Shown: piece after piece, positions 25,846 to 37,500 of the stretch
Numbering within the stretch: the stretch's first letter is position 1
Layout of the letters: each line of letters begins with the position of its first letter
Assembly: GCA_046716885.1 (NCBI GenBank)
Contig: JBKJWL010000196.1
Span: forward strand, 10,722-74,721
DNA: 64,000 nt
Source: Thermoanaerobaculia bacterium
Lineage (GTDB): Bacteria; Acidobacteriota; Thermoanaerobaculia; UBA5066; Gp7-AA6
Direction of reading: 5' to 3'
Notes under the pieces: generated by a model
Databases searched by the model: none
Told to the model about the DNA's origin: nothing
The model's input: only the letters and a program-made list of their open reading frames with translations
Position numbers and translations under genes: made by a program

Positions 25846-28227
25846 TCAGCGCGGAACGGACGGCGGCCCCGCCGCTCCCGGCTCCGCGAGCTCGCCTTTT
25901 CTGGGCACGTAGAATGGCTGCTGGAGGGACCACGGGAGCTTCGCGATCTCCTGCGATCGGGAACTCCACTCCTCGGTCGGTTGCGAGCCGCTCACGAACG
26001 TCTCGAGCACGGGCAGGGGACTATCGGGCGTCGCCTTGAGCCCGGTCTCGTAGTCGACGGGCGTGAACACGATGTTCGGCGGCACCTCGAAGTTTTCCTG
26101 AGGATCGATCCGGCCCTGATCCTTCATCTTCTCGACGATCCGGATCCAGATAGGCAGGGCCACCTTGGCGCCGTCGGCGCCCCGCCCGATCGATTGGGTC
26201 TTCTGGTCGTTGCCCACCCAGACGCCGATCGTGTACCGGGGCGTCATGCCGATGAACCAGGCGTCGGTGTAGTCGTTGGTCGTGCCGGTCTTTCCGGCGA
26301 TGGGCAACTTGAGGCGCGCGGCCGACGCGGCGGTGCCGCGCTGCGTGACGCCGCGCAGGATCTGGAGGAGCTGAAAGGCGGCTTGGGGAGTCTCGACCTC
26401 TCGCGCATCCGGGTGCGTCTGCTCGAGAAGGTCGCCGTTGGAGTCGGTGATCCTCTCGATGAGGTACGGCGGAAACGCGAGACCCTGGTTGGCGAACACA
26501 GAGTAGGCCGTGGTGAGCTCGAGCAGCGTGACCTCGAAAGCGCCGAGGGCCAGGGAGGGATACGCTTTCAGGTTCTGACGCACGCCCAGACGCCGCGCGG
26601 TTTCGATGACGTGCGACAGTCCCACCATCCGGGCCACTCGGACGGCGGGGACGTTGTACGAATGCTCGAGCGCCTTCCGCAAGGTCACGATCCCGTGGAA
26701 CTTCCCGTCGTAGTTGTGCGGCCGGTAGGGCGGCTGGCGCGGATCGATCACGATCGAGAGCGGTCCGTCGAAGACCGTGTCCGCCGCGGTGAATCCCTGC
26801 TCGAGCGCCGTGAGGTAGACGAAAGGCTTGAAGGCCGAGCCCGCCTGCCGCAGCGCCTGGGTCGCGCGGTTGAACTTCGACTGCGTCCAGTCGGAGCCGC
26901 CCACCATGGCGCGGACGGCGCCGCTGGCGTTTTCGAGAATCAGCACGGCGCCCTGCTCGCGCGGGTCCTGGTCGAGGACGAGCGCGAGCGAGCCGTCCTT
27001 TCCCTTCGTCGCCGTGACGGTAATGAGGTCGCCTGGCTTCAGGATCTTCGCCGCCGAGGCCGCGCCCGTCCACTTCACTCCCGTGTTTGGCAAGGGGAGG
27101 ACCCGCCCGCCGACGCGGACCTCGGCGCCCGGGCCCGACACTTTCATGACGACGCCGCGCAGCGCCGCGCCGTCCTCGAGCCGCGCGCCTTCCCAGGAGG
27201 GATCGACGTACGTCTCCAGCGAGCGGCGGCCCTCGGCGGCGAGATTTCGGAGTGGCTGTAATCCGTGCCGGCGGCTCACCTTGCGCAGCCCCCAGTCGAG
27301 GGCTTCTTCGGACCAGGCTTGAAGCTCGGGGTCGAGCGTCGACTCGACGCGCAGTCCGCGCGCGTAGAGGTCCTTCTCGCCGTAGGTCCTCTCGAGATAC
27401 TGGCGGATCTCCTCGCAGAAATAGGGAGCGACGATCGACTCGGGGAGCGACGGAGCCGCCGGCAGCGGCTCGGCCTCCGCGGCGCGCCGCTCGGCTTCGG
27501 TGATGTAGCCGGCGGCCCGCATGCGGCGCAACGCCGTCGCCCGCCGCGCCTTCGCCAGGACAGGGTTGCGAAACGGCGATTGGTCCTCCGGGCGCTGCAC
27601 GATCCCGGCGAGCAGTGCCGCCTCCGCGAGCGTCACGTCCTTCACGCCCTTCCCGAAGTAGTAGCGGCACGCGGCCTCGACGCCGTAGTTTCCGTGCCCG
27701 AGATAGATCTCGTTGGCGTACATCGTCAGAATCTGGTCCTTCGAGTAGCGCCGCTCGATCTCGAAGGCCACGAGCGCCTCGTTCACCTTGCGCGAGAGGG
27801 TCTTGCGGGGCGAGAGGAAGATGGCGCGGGCGAGCTGCTGGGTGAGCGTCGAGCCTCCCTGCGCGTAGCCGCCCTGCTGCACGTTCGTCATCAGCGCGGA
27901 TACGGTCCGGGGAACGTCCACACCGCCGTGGCGGAAGAAGTTCTTGTCTTCCGTCGCGATCAGGGCATTGCGCACGGCGGCCGGAATCTCGGAGCGGGAG
28001 ATCAGGATCCGGCGCTCGATGGCGTAGCGGGCGATGGTCGAACCGTCCCGGGACGTGATCTGGGTGATGATGTCGGGCCGGTATGTCGCCAGCTCCTCGA
28101 CCCGCGGAACCCGGACGAAGTTGGTGGCGAAGGACCCGGCCACCGAGCCGAGCAGCGCGACGAGCACGACGGGGAGGATGACGACGGCGGCGCGCCGGGC
28201 GGTTCTCACCGAGCGATTGTGCGGCAT
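25846..28227 (-). CDS. mrcA: Class A penicillin-binding protein (transglycosylase/transpeptidase)
   Basis: GT51 motif ATEDKNFFRHGGVD, transpeptidase SAFKP (SxxK) and KTGTT, and an N-terminal TM anchor. Confidence 0.9.
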   Translation of the reverse strand: MPHNRSVRTARRAAVVILPVVLVALLGSVAGSFATNFVRVPRVEELATYRPDIITQITSRDGSTIARYAIERRILISRSEIPAAVRNALIATEDKNFFRHGGVDVPRTVSALMTNVQQGGYAQGGSTLTQQLARAIFLSPRKTLSRKVNEALVAFEIERRYSKDQILTMYANEIYLGHGNYGVEAACRYYFGKGVKDVTLAEAALLAGIVQRPEDQSPFRNPVLAKARRATALRRMRAAGYITEAERRAAEAEPLPAAPSLPESIVAPYFCEEIRQYLERTYGEKDLYARGLRVESTLDPELQAWSEEALDWGLRKVSRRHGLQPLRNLAAEGRRSLETYVDPSWEGARLEDGAALRGVVMKVSGPGAEVRVGGRVLPLPNTGVKWTGAASAAKILKPGDLITVTATKGKDGSLALVLDQDPREQGAVLILENASGAVRAMVGGSDWTQSKFNRATQALRQAGSAFKPFVYLTALEQGFTAADTVFDGPLSIVIDPRQPPYRPHNYDGKFHGIVTLRKALEHSYNVPAVRVARMVGLSHVIETARRLGVRQNLKAYPSLALGAFEVTLLELTTAYSVFANQGLAFPPYLIERITDSNGDLLEQTHPDAREVETPQAAFQLLQILRGVTQRGTAASAARLKLPIAGKTGTTNDYTDAWFIGMTPRYTIGVWVGNDQKTQSIGRGADGAKVALPIWIRIVEKMKDQGRIDPQENFEVPPNIVFTPVDYETGLKATPDSPLPVLETFVSGSQPTEEWSSRSQEIAKLPWSLQQPFYVPRKGELAEPGAAGPPSVPR

Positions 28228-28262
28228 CCGCTCCCGTTATGCTATAAGCGGCGGCTCACCCC

Positions 28263-30329
28263 ATGGCCCGCGCGCCCCGATCCCCGTCATCGCCGACCGC
28301 CGGCAAGCCCGCCACATACCTCGAGGCTCAGGCCAGCGCCACCGGCACCTTCCGGCTCCAGACGGACTTTACGCCGCAGGGAGACCAGGGAGCCGCGATT
28401 GAGAAGCTCGTCGCGGGCCTGGCGCAGGGCCGTCCCGACCAGGTGCTGCTTGGCGTGACGGGGTCCGGCAAGACCTTCACGATTGCGAAGGTCATCGAGG
28501 CCGTCAACCGCCCCACTCTCGTGCTCTCCCACAACAAGACGCTTGCGGCGCAGCTCTACCAGGAGTTCCGGAGCTTCTTTCCCCAGAACGCCGTCGAGTA
28601 TTTCGTGTCCTATTACGACTACTACCAGCCCGAGGCCTACGTGCCGCAGACGGACACCTACATCGAAAAGGAGACGTCCCGCAACGAGGAGATCGACAAG
28701 CTGCGCCTGGCGGCGTCCAAGGCCCTTTTCGAGCGGCGGGACGTCATCGTCGTCGCCTCGGTCTCGTGCATCTATGGTCTCGGCGCGCCAGACTCCTACT
28801 ACGACATGCTCGCCACCCTCGAGGTGGGAGACGCCCGCGGCATGCCGGCCCTCCTCGCGCAGCTCGTCGAGATGCAGTACGAGCGGACGAACCTGGACCT
28901 TGCGCGGGGCAACTTCCGCGTGCGGGGGGACGTGCTCGAGATCCAGCCGGCCTACGAGGACACGGCGGTCCGCGTCGAGTTCTTTGGAGACGAGATCGAG
29001 AAGATCACCCGGACCGATCCCCTGCGGGGCACGCCGCTGCAGCGCCTCGACCGGCTGGCGCTCTATCCGCGCACCTTCTACGCGACGCCGCGCGAGACCC
29101 TGGAGCGAGCGATCGCCACGATACGCGTCGAGCTCGACGAGCGGCTGGCCGAGCTGACGAACGCCGGGCGCCTGCTGGAGGCCCAGCGCCTCCACCAGAG
29201 GACGATGTTCGACCTGGAGATGATGAAGGAGCTCGGCTATTGCAGCGGGATCGAGAACTACTCGCGGCACCTCTCCGGCAGGTCGGCGGGGCAGCCGCCG
29301 CCCACGCTGCTGGACTATTTCCCGCAGGATTTCCTGCTCGTCGTCGACGAGTCCCACGTGACCCTGCCGCAGGTGCGCGGGATGTTCCACGGCGACCGCG
29401 CCCGTAAACAGGTGCTGGTCGATTACGGCTTCCGGCTGCCGTCGGCCCTCGACAACCGCCCGCTGACGAACGAGGAGTTCCGGGAGCGGATCCGCCAGAC
29501 GATTGCCGTCAGCGCCACGCCGAGGGCCGAGGAGCTGGAAAGGGCCGGCGGCGAGATCGTCGAACAGGTGATCCGCCCGACCGGGCTGCTCGACCCCGTC
29601 ATCGAAATTCGGCCCGTGAAGGGCCAGGTCGACGACCTGCTCGCGGTCGTCCGCGAGGCGACGGCCGCCGGGGAGCGTGTCCTCGTCACGACGCTGACCA
29701 AGCGGATGGCCGAAGAGTTGACCAACTATTTTTCGGAAGTGGGCGTGCGGTGCCGCTACCTCCACTCCGACATCGAGACACTCGAGCGCGTCAACATCCT
29801 CTCGGACTTCCGGCGCGGTGTCTTCGACTGCCTCATCGGCATCAACCTTCTCCGCGAGGGCCTCGACCTGCCGGAAGTCGCCGTGGTCGCCATCCTCGAC
29901 GCCGACAAGGAGGGCTTCCTGCGCAGCGAGACCTCCCTCATTCAGACCGCGGGTCGCGCGGCGCGCAACCTGAAAGGCCGAGTCTTGTTCTACGCCGACG
30001 CGGTGACCGATTCCATGAAGCGGGCGATCCAGGAGACTTCGCGCCGCCGGGTCATCCAGGAGGCCTACAACACAGAGCACGGCATCGTTCCCGCCTCGAT
30101 CGTGAAGCAGGTCAACTCGCCGCTGGTTCGGATGTCGAACCTCGACTACTACGAGGTCTCCGTCCAGATGGAGCGCCCTGACCTGCCCGACGGCGACTCC
30201 GTGCGGCGGCGCCTGGCCGAGCTCGAGAAGCAGATGAAGGCGGCCGCGAAGGAGCTCGATTTTGAAAAAGCCGCGGCCTTGCGCGATGAGATACGAGCGT
30301 TGAGGGAGCTGGAAATCTTTCGGGCGTAG
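28263..30329 (+). CDS. uvrB: Excinuclease ABC subunit B
   Basis: [24 protein letters not shown], and a C-terminal UVR domain ([11 protein letters not shown]). The start could be slightly downstream. Confidence 0.95.
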   Translation: MARAPRSPSSPTAGKPATYLEAQASATGTFRLQTDFTPQGDQGAAIEKLVAGLAQGRPDQVLLGVTGSGKTFTIAKVIEAVNRPTLVLSHNKTLAAQLYQEFRSFFPQNAVEYFVSYYDYYQPEAYVPQTDTYIEKETSRNEEIDKLRLAASKALFERRDVIVVASVSCIYGLGAPDSYYDMLATLEVGDARGMPALLAQLVEMQYERTNLDLARGNFRVRGDVLEIQPAYEDTAVRVEFFGDEIEKITRTDPLRGTPLQRLDRLALYPRTFYATPRETLERAIATIRVELDERLAELTNAGRLLEAQRLHQRTMFDLEMMKELGYCSGIENYSRHLSGRSAGQPPPTLLDYFPQDFLLVVDESHVTLPQVRGMFHGDRARKQVLVDYGFRLPSALDNRPLTNEEFRERIRQTIAVSATPRAEELERAGGEIVEQVIRPTGLLDPVIEIRPVKGQVDDLLAVVREATAAGERVLVTTLTKRMAEELTNYFSEVGVRCRYLHSDIETLERVNILSDFRRGVFDCLIGINLLREGLDLPEVAVVAILDADKEGFLRSETSLIQTAGRAARNLKGRVLFYADAVTDSMKRAIQETSRRRVIQEAYNTEHGIVPASIVKQVNSPLVRMSNLDYYEVSVQMERPDLPDGDSVRRRLAELEKQMKAAAKELDFEKAAALRDEIRALRELEIFRA

Positions 30330-30366
30330 TGGCGGGGCCCGGTGACGGCCTGCCGCGAGGGCGCGC

Positions 30367-30711
30367 CTACGGAGCCCGCGGCGTGGGCGTCACGGTCGGC
30401 GCAATCGGATTGCGCTTGACGAAAATTCGTGCGGCGCGCTCGGAGGGGTCCTCCGAGATCGCGGGCCGGTCGATCCTGGGCTTCAGGCCTTCCTCGACCC
30501 CTGCCGAAACGGAGATGGCGGCGTTGCCCTGACCCGTCCTCGCATAAGGGGAAAAGGCCGTCGCGTCGGCCGGCCGGAGACCGAACGGGATCGAGCACGG
30601 AAGGGCGGCATTGCAGCGCGACAGCGGCACGATCTGGGCGAAGGCGCCAGGCGCGGCGGCGAGGAAAGCGACCGCGGCGAATCGGGCGCCGCGTCTCACA
30701 GCCAGTGGCAT
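30367..30711 (-). CDS. Small secreted hypothetical protein
   Basis: The internal ATG 30711 gives MPLAVRRGARFAAVAFLAAAPGAFAQ, a signal peptide. It overlaps the end of the upstream zinc-ribbon gene by 16 nt. No family recognised. Confidence 0.4.
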   Translation of the reverse strand: MPLAVRRGARFAAVAFLAAAPGAFAQIVPLSRCNAALPCSIPFGLRPADATAFSPYARTGQGNAAISVSAGVEEGLKPRIDRPAISEDPSERAARIFVKRNPIAPTVTPTPRAP

Positions 30712-30911
30712 GCGCGCGCGAACCCGGCGATCACCAGAAGCAGCGCCGCCAGAGCCGCGGCCCAGACGGCCGTCCGCGACTTGACCGGAAGCGGCCGTTG
30801 CCGCGTGTAGAAACCGGTCTGCCACCGCTCGAGCTCCCGGCCGCACTTGGGGCAGACCGGCGTGCCCGGCTCCACCGGCGTGTAGCAGTAGGGGCACTCG
30901 TACATCGGCAC
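30696..30911 (-). CDS. Zinc-ribbon membrane-anchored small protein
   Basis: CPYC...CPKC double CxxC motif followed by one TM helix, AVWAAALAALLLVIAGF. Confidence 0.5.
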   Translation of the reverse strand: MPMYECPYCYTPVEPGTPVCPKCGRELERWQTGFYTRQRPLPVKSRTAVWAAALAALLLVIAGFARACHWL

Positions 30912-30992
30912 GCGCCCATCATACCGAACCGCCCCGGGTCGAACCGCCCGGGCCTTTCCAGCGGCGGCTCCGGTCCGGGTTAAACTGATTTC

Positions 30993-32789
<1,797 letters not shown>

Positions 32790-32794
32790 TTCGC

Positions 32795-34594
32795 ATGCGG
32801 ACGACGTTCGAGGCAGAGGGGGAGGTACGAGGGACCGACCTGCTCGCGGCGCTCGTGGCGCTGTGGCGGGAGGGAGCCAACGGGACGCTGCAGTTCTCGC
32901 GGTCGGGCGCGACGGCGGGTTTCGAGCTCGGCGCCGGCGAGATCGTCGGGACGTCATCGTCGGACCCGCGCTTCGAGACCGCCGCGATCCTGCTGCGCGC
33001 CGGCAAGCTCGACGAAGCGACTCTCGAACGCCTCAAGGCCTCCCAAGACAGCGACCGTGCCCAGAGCGCGCTGCAGGCGGGCGTTCTGACCCGGCGCGAG
33101 TGGCGCTGGGGCGAGAAGATCCGGGCCGTCGAGATTCTTTCGGACCTACTCACCTGGATCGACGGAGAGTACTGGCTCTTCCGCACCGGCGGACGCGAGG
33201 CGGGGGAGTTCCGCCTGTCGATCCCCCGCCTGGTGCTCGAGCTCTTTCTGCGCTCGCGGGACCGTGGCCTGGTCCTCCACTATCTCGGAGGCGTGGACGT
33301 CCCGCTGGTGCGGGCCGGCCACTTCGACGCCGAGTTCGCGACCTTCGGGTTGACCCCGGACGCCGAGTCCGTGGTCCGGCTGATCGACGGGAGATCGACC
33401 GCGGCCGAGATCTCCAGCGAGGCGCCGGCCGAGGCGTTCGCCGTCGAGAAGCTGCTCGCGGCGCTCGTGACCCTCGGGCTCGTGCATCCGGAATTCGCTG
33501 CGAGCGAAACGGCCTCCTGGCCGCCGGCGCGTCCCGCGCCGGACGAACAGGGCGAAGAGGACGAAGAGCGCGAGACGCAGGAAGAAGAGCCGGAGGGGAA
33601 CGATAGCGAGGACTCGCAAGACCGGATTCGGGCGGACGAGCCCCAGACCGAGGAACGCACGTCCGCCGGGGACGGCGGAGAGGAAGCCCCCGAAGAGCTC
33701 CGGGCCGGCGGCGAAGCGTCCGAGGCCCGGCTCGAATCGGAGGCCGGGGACATGGGTCTCGACCTCGCGGAGTTCGAGGGGGGTGCGCTTTCCGCCAGCG
33801 CGTCAGAGTCCCCGGCCGCCGGGGACTTCGACCCGATGGAAGGCGGAAGGGACGCGGAGCGGGCGATGCCGGGCGACCTCATGGAAACGAATTCTCGAAA
33901 CTCCAACGGCGGCTCGGCCCTCGACCGGCCGCTGGACATGACCACGGGGGTCGGAAACGCCGAGCGGCCGCGTCAGGGCGCGGGGGCGTCCTGGCTCTGG
34001 CTCCTGGTCGCGCTGGCGGCGGCGGTGGGAGCCCTGTTGTACTGGCGCTCCCGCGGGCCCGCCGCGTTCGAGCCTGCGAGCCCTCCCGTCTCAATCGCGA
34101 CTCCGACGGCGGCGCCGGATCTGACCCCGGCGCCGTTGGCCGCCTTGGCCCCGACCGCGGCGACTCGTCCCGTTCCAACACGCCCGCCGGCGGCCTCCCC
34201 GACGCGGCCGCCGCGAGCCGCGGCCTTGAACGCGCGACCGACGGCCACCGCGGCTGCCGGGGCGTCTTCCAAAACGGAGCCCGCCCCGCAGAGCCAAGCG
34301 AAGTGGCTGGAGCGCGCGGGGCGCGACCGACGGAAGGCGGACGCGGACCGGCGCGCCCGTTTCACGATCCAGCTCGAGCTCGCCTGCGAGCTGGAGTCGC
34401 TCACCGACGCCTGGAAGCACGACCGCCCCGCCGGGACGATGTGGGTCCTGACGACGCCCTTCCAGGGAAGGACCTGTTTCCGCGTGATGTGGGGCCGTTA
34501 CTCGACGCGCGAGGCGGCGCGGAGCGCGCTTCCCGGGGCGCCCGCATTCTTCTCCACGCCCCGCAACCGGCCGATCATCGTGCCCGTACGCTGA
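32795..34594 (+). CDS. DUF4388 (PATAN-like) protein with acidic region, one TM helix and a SPOR-like C-terminus
   Basis: ATG 32795 lies 5 nt after the uvrC stop. The N-terminus LLAALVALWREGANGTLQFSRSG... looks DUF4388-like. An acidic tract EEDEERETQEEEPEGNDSEDSQD, the TM helix WLWLLVALAAAVGALLYW and a P/A/T linker follow. The C-terminus FTIQLELA...CFRVMWGRYSTREAARSAL is SPOR-like (inference). Confidence 0.7.
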   Translation: MRTTFEAEGEVRGTDLLAALVALWREGANGTLQFSRSGATAGFELGAGEIVGTSSSDPRFETAAILLRAGKLDEATLERLKASQDSDRAQSALQAGVLTRREWRWGEKIRAVEILSDLLTWIDGEYWLFRTGGREAGEFRLSIPRLVLELFLRSRDRGLVLHYLGGVDVPLVRAGHFDAEFATFGLTPDAESVVRLIDGRSTAAEISSEAPAEAFAVEKLLAALVTLGLVHPEFAASETASWPPARPAPDEQGEEDEERETQEEEPEGNDSEDSQDRIRADEPQTEERTSAGDGGEEAPEELRAGGEASEARLESEAGDMGLDLAEFEGGALSASASESPAAGDFDPMEGGRDAERAMPGDLMETNSRNSNGGSALDRPLDMTTGVGNAERPRQGAGASWLWLLVALAAAVGALLYWRSRGPAAFEPASPPVSIATPTAAPDLTPAPLAALAPTAATRPVPTRPPAASPTRPPRAAALNARPTATAAAGASSKTEPAPQSQAKWLERAGRDRRKADADRRARFTIQLELACELESLTDAWKHDRPAGTMWVLTTPFQGRTCFRVMWGRYSTREAARSALPGAPAFFSTPRNRPIIVPVR

Positions 34595-34643
34595 ACGGCC
34601 GCTTTTTTCTGCTAACCTCAAGGATCATTCGCACGTCCACCCG

Positions 34644-36278
34644 ATGACGACAAAAACGGCTCCCGCGGGATTTCGCGGATCCCTTGCCGAGACGCCCCTG
34701 CCGCAGGTTCTGCGCAGGATCTTCCTGGAGGGATTGAAGGGCACGCTGTCGCTCGTCCATCGCGACGAGACCCGGCACCTCTTCTTCGAGAAAGGGGAGT
34801 TGCGCACCGCGACGTCGTCACGGGAAGGGCAGCGCATCGGGGCGTTTCTCAAACGGCGGGGCTGCATCACGGACACAGACCTCAACTGGGCCCTCGAAAC
34901 GGTCGCCAAGCAGGGCCGCGCCCGGCTGGGCAAGATCCTCGTCGACCGGGGTCTGGTGTCCCGCACCGTGCTCGACGCGGAGATGCGGCGGCTCGTGGAG
35001 GAGATCGTGTTTTCGACTTTCGCCTGGGACAACGGCGAGTACAAGTTCCAGGCTTCCGCCGGCGTGCTCGATCCGGACGTCGCGCTCTCGATCTCGACGG
35101 CGGCGATCATCGTCGAGGGCATCCGGCGGCTCCCCGAGACGGATGCCTTCCGGGAGCGCCTCGGCGAAGGCCGCCGCGTGCCGATCCTGGCGACCGATCC
35201 GATGTCGCGCTACCAGTACCTCCCGCTGACGCCCCAGGAAGCGTACCTGCTGTCCCGCATCGACGGGATCCTGGACGTGGACTCTCTTTTGAAAATCGCC
35301 GGGGCATCGCGCCTGGCCACCGGGAAGATCCTCTACGGCCTGATCTCGTGCGGCATCGTAGAGTGGAAGCAGGAGGGGGCGGAGCGCCCCGCCAGCGGCC
35401 GGGGCGGGTTCCACGGCCTGAACGTCGAGGTCGCGGCGGTGCCCACGGACCGATCGCCCGGCCACGCCGAGCTCGTCCGGAACACCTACCGGCGCATCGA
35501 CTGGCTGACCCACTACGAGCTCCTGGGCGTGCCGCGCGACGCCCCCCCCGAGAAGGTCTCCGAGGCGTATTTCGAGCGGAGCCGGCTCTTCCACCCCGAC
35601 CTGCGCCACCGCGAGGACCTCGGGAAGTTCGAGAAGGAGCTAACCGCGGTTTTCGAGCGGATGAAAAAAGCATACGAGGCGCTCTCGGACCCGGAGAAGC
35701 GCGCTCTCTACGACCAGGAGCTCGACGCGACACCCGCTTCGGTGCTCGGAGCGGAGACGCCGTCCGCCGATCCAGAGGTACGGCGCAAGCTCGCGATGCA
35801 GAGCTTCCGGCGGGCGAAGCAGCTCATCGAGGAGAAGGACTATCACCCGGCCGTCGAGATGCTCCGGGAGGCCGTGCGCTTCATTCCGGACAACGCCGAG
35901 ATCCGCTACGCGCTCTCCCAGGTGGAGATGAAGAACCCGAACTGGATCGACCAGGGGCTGGCGAACCTGAAGGAGGCCGCGCGCCTGGACAGCCGCCGCG
36001 TGGCGCTCTCGGTGGAAGCGGCTCGCGCGCTCCTGGACCACGGGCGCCCGCACGAGGCCGAGCCCTTCGCCCGACGCGCCGTCTCGCTCGACCCCTCGCC
36101 CGACAACGAATCGCTGCTGGCGCGCGTGGTCGAAGCGGCGGCCGCGGGCCCTTCGGCGGCGCCCGTCGAAACGGCCGCGCATGACGCCGACGCGGCGGTT
36201 GCCGCGCAGAGCAACTCCGCTCCGGCGTCGGCCCCGACTTCCGGGCTCCTTTCCCGCCTCTTCCGGCACCGCGGTTGA
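34644..36278 (+). CDS. DUF4388 (PATAN-like) + J-domain + TPR protein
   Basis: N-terminus LPQVLRRIFLEGLKGTLSLVHRDETRHLFFEKGEL (DUF4388-like). J-domain YELLGVPRDAPPEKVSEAYFERSRLFHPD. C-terminal TPR-like repeats. Confidence 0.75.
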   Translation: MTTKTAPAGFRGSLAETPLPQVLRRIFLEGLKGTLSLVHRDETRHLFFEKGELRTATSSREGQRIGAFLKRRGCITDTDLNWALETVAKQGRARLGKILVDRGLVSRTVLDAEMRRLVEEIVFSTFAWDNGEYKFQASAGVLDPDVALSISTAAIIVEGIRRLPETDAFRERLGEGRRVPILATDPMSRYQYLPLTPQEAYLLSRIDGILDVDSLLKIAGASRLATGKILYGLISCGIVEWKQEGAERPASGRGGFHGLNVEVAAVPTDRSPGHAELVRNTYRRIDWLTHYELLGVPRDAPPEKVSEAYFERSRLFHPDLRHREDLGKFEKELTAVFERMKKAYEALSDPEKRALYDQELDATPASVLGAETPSADPEVRRKLAMQSFRRAKQLIEEKDYHPAVEMLREAVRFIPDNAEIRYALSQVEMKNPNWIDQGLANLKEAARLDSRRVALSVEAARALLDHGRPHEAEPFARRAVSLDPSPDNESLLARVVEAAAAGPSAAPVETAAHDADAAVAAQSNSAPASAPTSGLLSRLFRHRG

Positions 36279-36871
36279 CCGCTCTCCTCACGGGCCTCGG
36301 CCTGTCGGCGGCGGCGGGACTGAACGCCTGGGCCGTTCTTCTGCTGTTCCATGGTCTCTTCCTCGTGCTTCCGCAGGAGTTTCCCGGCCCGACGGCGACC
36401 TTCCTGGGAAGCCAGGGAGTCCTCACGGTGGCGCTCGTTCTGTTTCTCGCCGAGTTCGTCGCCGACAAGATCCCAATCGTGGACCATCTCTGGAATCTCG
36501 CTCAGACGCTGCTGCGCCCGGTCGCCGGAGCTCTCCTGGCGCTCGCCTGCGTCCCCGAGGGCTCGCCCGCGGCGCGGGCGGGCCTGGCGGCGGCGGGCGC
36601 CGTGGCGACTCTCGCGACGCACTTCGCCAAGTCCACGACGCGGTTGACGTCGACGGCCGCAACGCGGGGCCTTGCGCAACTGGCCCTTTCGCTGGCCGAG
36701 GACGCCTTTGCCCTGGCGCTCGGGGCGCTGGTCTTCTTCGTGCCCTGGTTTGCCGGCGTCTTTCTGGGCGCCCTCCTCGTCCTCCTCGTTCTGGATCGGC
36801 GGCGCGTCCTGCGGGGCCTCGCGGTCATGTTCTTCCGGCTCAAGCACCCGCGGCGCGCCCGGGCGGGGTGA
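36275..36871 (+). CDS. DUF4126 membrane protein
   Basis: GLSAAAGLNAWAVLL...FVADKIPIVDHLWN pattern of DUF4126. The TTG start overlaps the upstream stop (TTGA). Confidence 0.7.
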   Translation: MTALLTGLGLSAAAGLNAWAVLLLFHGLFLVLPQEFPGPTATFLGSQGVLTVALVLFLAEFVADKIPIVDHLWNLAQTLLRPVAGALLALACVPEGSPAARAGLAAAGAVATLATHFAKSTTRLTSTAATRGLAQLALSLAEDAFALALGALVFFVPWFAGVFLGALLVLLVLDRRRVLRGLAVMFFRLKHPRRARAG

Positions 36872-37338
36872 TGCCGTACGTGCTCGACGGCAACAACCTG
36901 ATCGGGCTCTTCCGGAAGACCTCCCGCCCCTCCGAAGATGACCGCCAGGCTCTCGTCATCGAGCTCGCGGAGCGCCTCCGCCGGACCCGCGCGCGGGCGA
37001 TTCTGTTCTTCGACGGGCCGGCCGGCGGACGTGGTTCCTCGATGGGCGCCCTGACCATCCGTCCGGCCGTCGGCGGGAGCGCGGACGACGCGATTCTGAG
37101 GGAGGTCGAGAAAGCGCGCACGCCCGGCGAGATGATCGTCGTGACGGCGGACCGCGGGCTGGCGCGCCGTGCCCGCGACGCCGGCGCCACAGTCTGCGCG
37201 CCCGAGGACTTCTTCGCCCGATTCGGCCGGGCCCCCGGCGGCCCGAGCCCGCCCGAGAGCGCCGGGCCCGTGAACGTTGACGCCTGGATGCAGTATTTCG
37301 AGGACGAAGGGAATCGTGGCGGTGGTAGGACCAAATAG
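36871..37338 (+). CDS. NYN-domain (YacP-like) predicted RNase
   Basis: YVLDGNNLIG and IVVTADRGL resemble the YacP/NYN motifs (DGYN..., VVTSD). The ATG shares 1 nt with the upstream TGA (TGATG). Confidence 0.65.
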   Translation: MPYVLDGNNLIGLFRKTSRPSEDDRQALVIELAERLRRTRARAILFFDGPAGGRGSSMGALTIRPAVGGSADDAILREVEKARTPGEMIVVTADRGLARRARDAGATVCAPEDFFARFGRAPGGPSPPESAGPVNVDAWMQYFEDEGNRGGGRTK

Positions 37339-37420
37339 GGAAGGCCACAAACGGGGTCAGCGTCGGAGCAACTGTCGCCGAGCCGGCTCAACCGGCCCCG
37401 AGACCTGACAAAGTTTGGAG

Positions 37421-37485
37421 ATGGGGTCAGGGCTCTCTCGATTTCGGCGCGGGAGCGCTTTCGGCTACGGGACCCCTGACCCCAT
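37421..37485. repeat. 12-bp perfect inverted repeat ATGGGGTCAGGG / CCCTGACCCCAT (41-nt spacer) just upstream of rnpB
   Basis: The arms at 37421..37432 and 37474..37485 are exact reverse complements. An inner GCGC-GGGA-GCGC mini-hairpin lies in the spacer. The core GGGGTCAGG is shared with the repeat at 10247..10352. Confidence 0.7.
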
Positions 37486-37500
37486 GGTAGATTTGGCATG

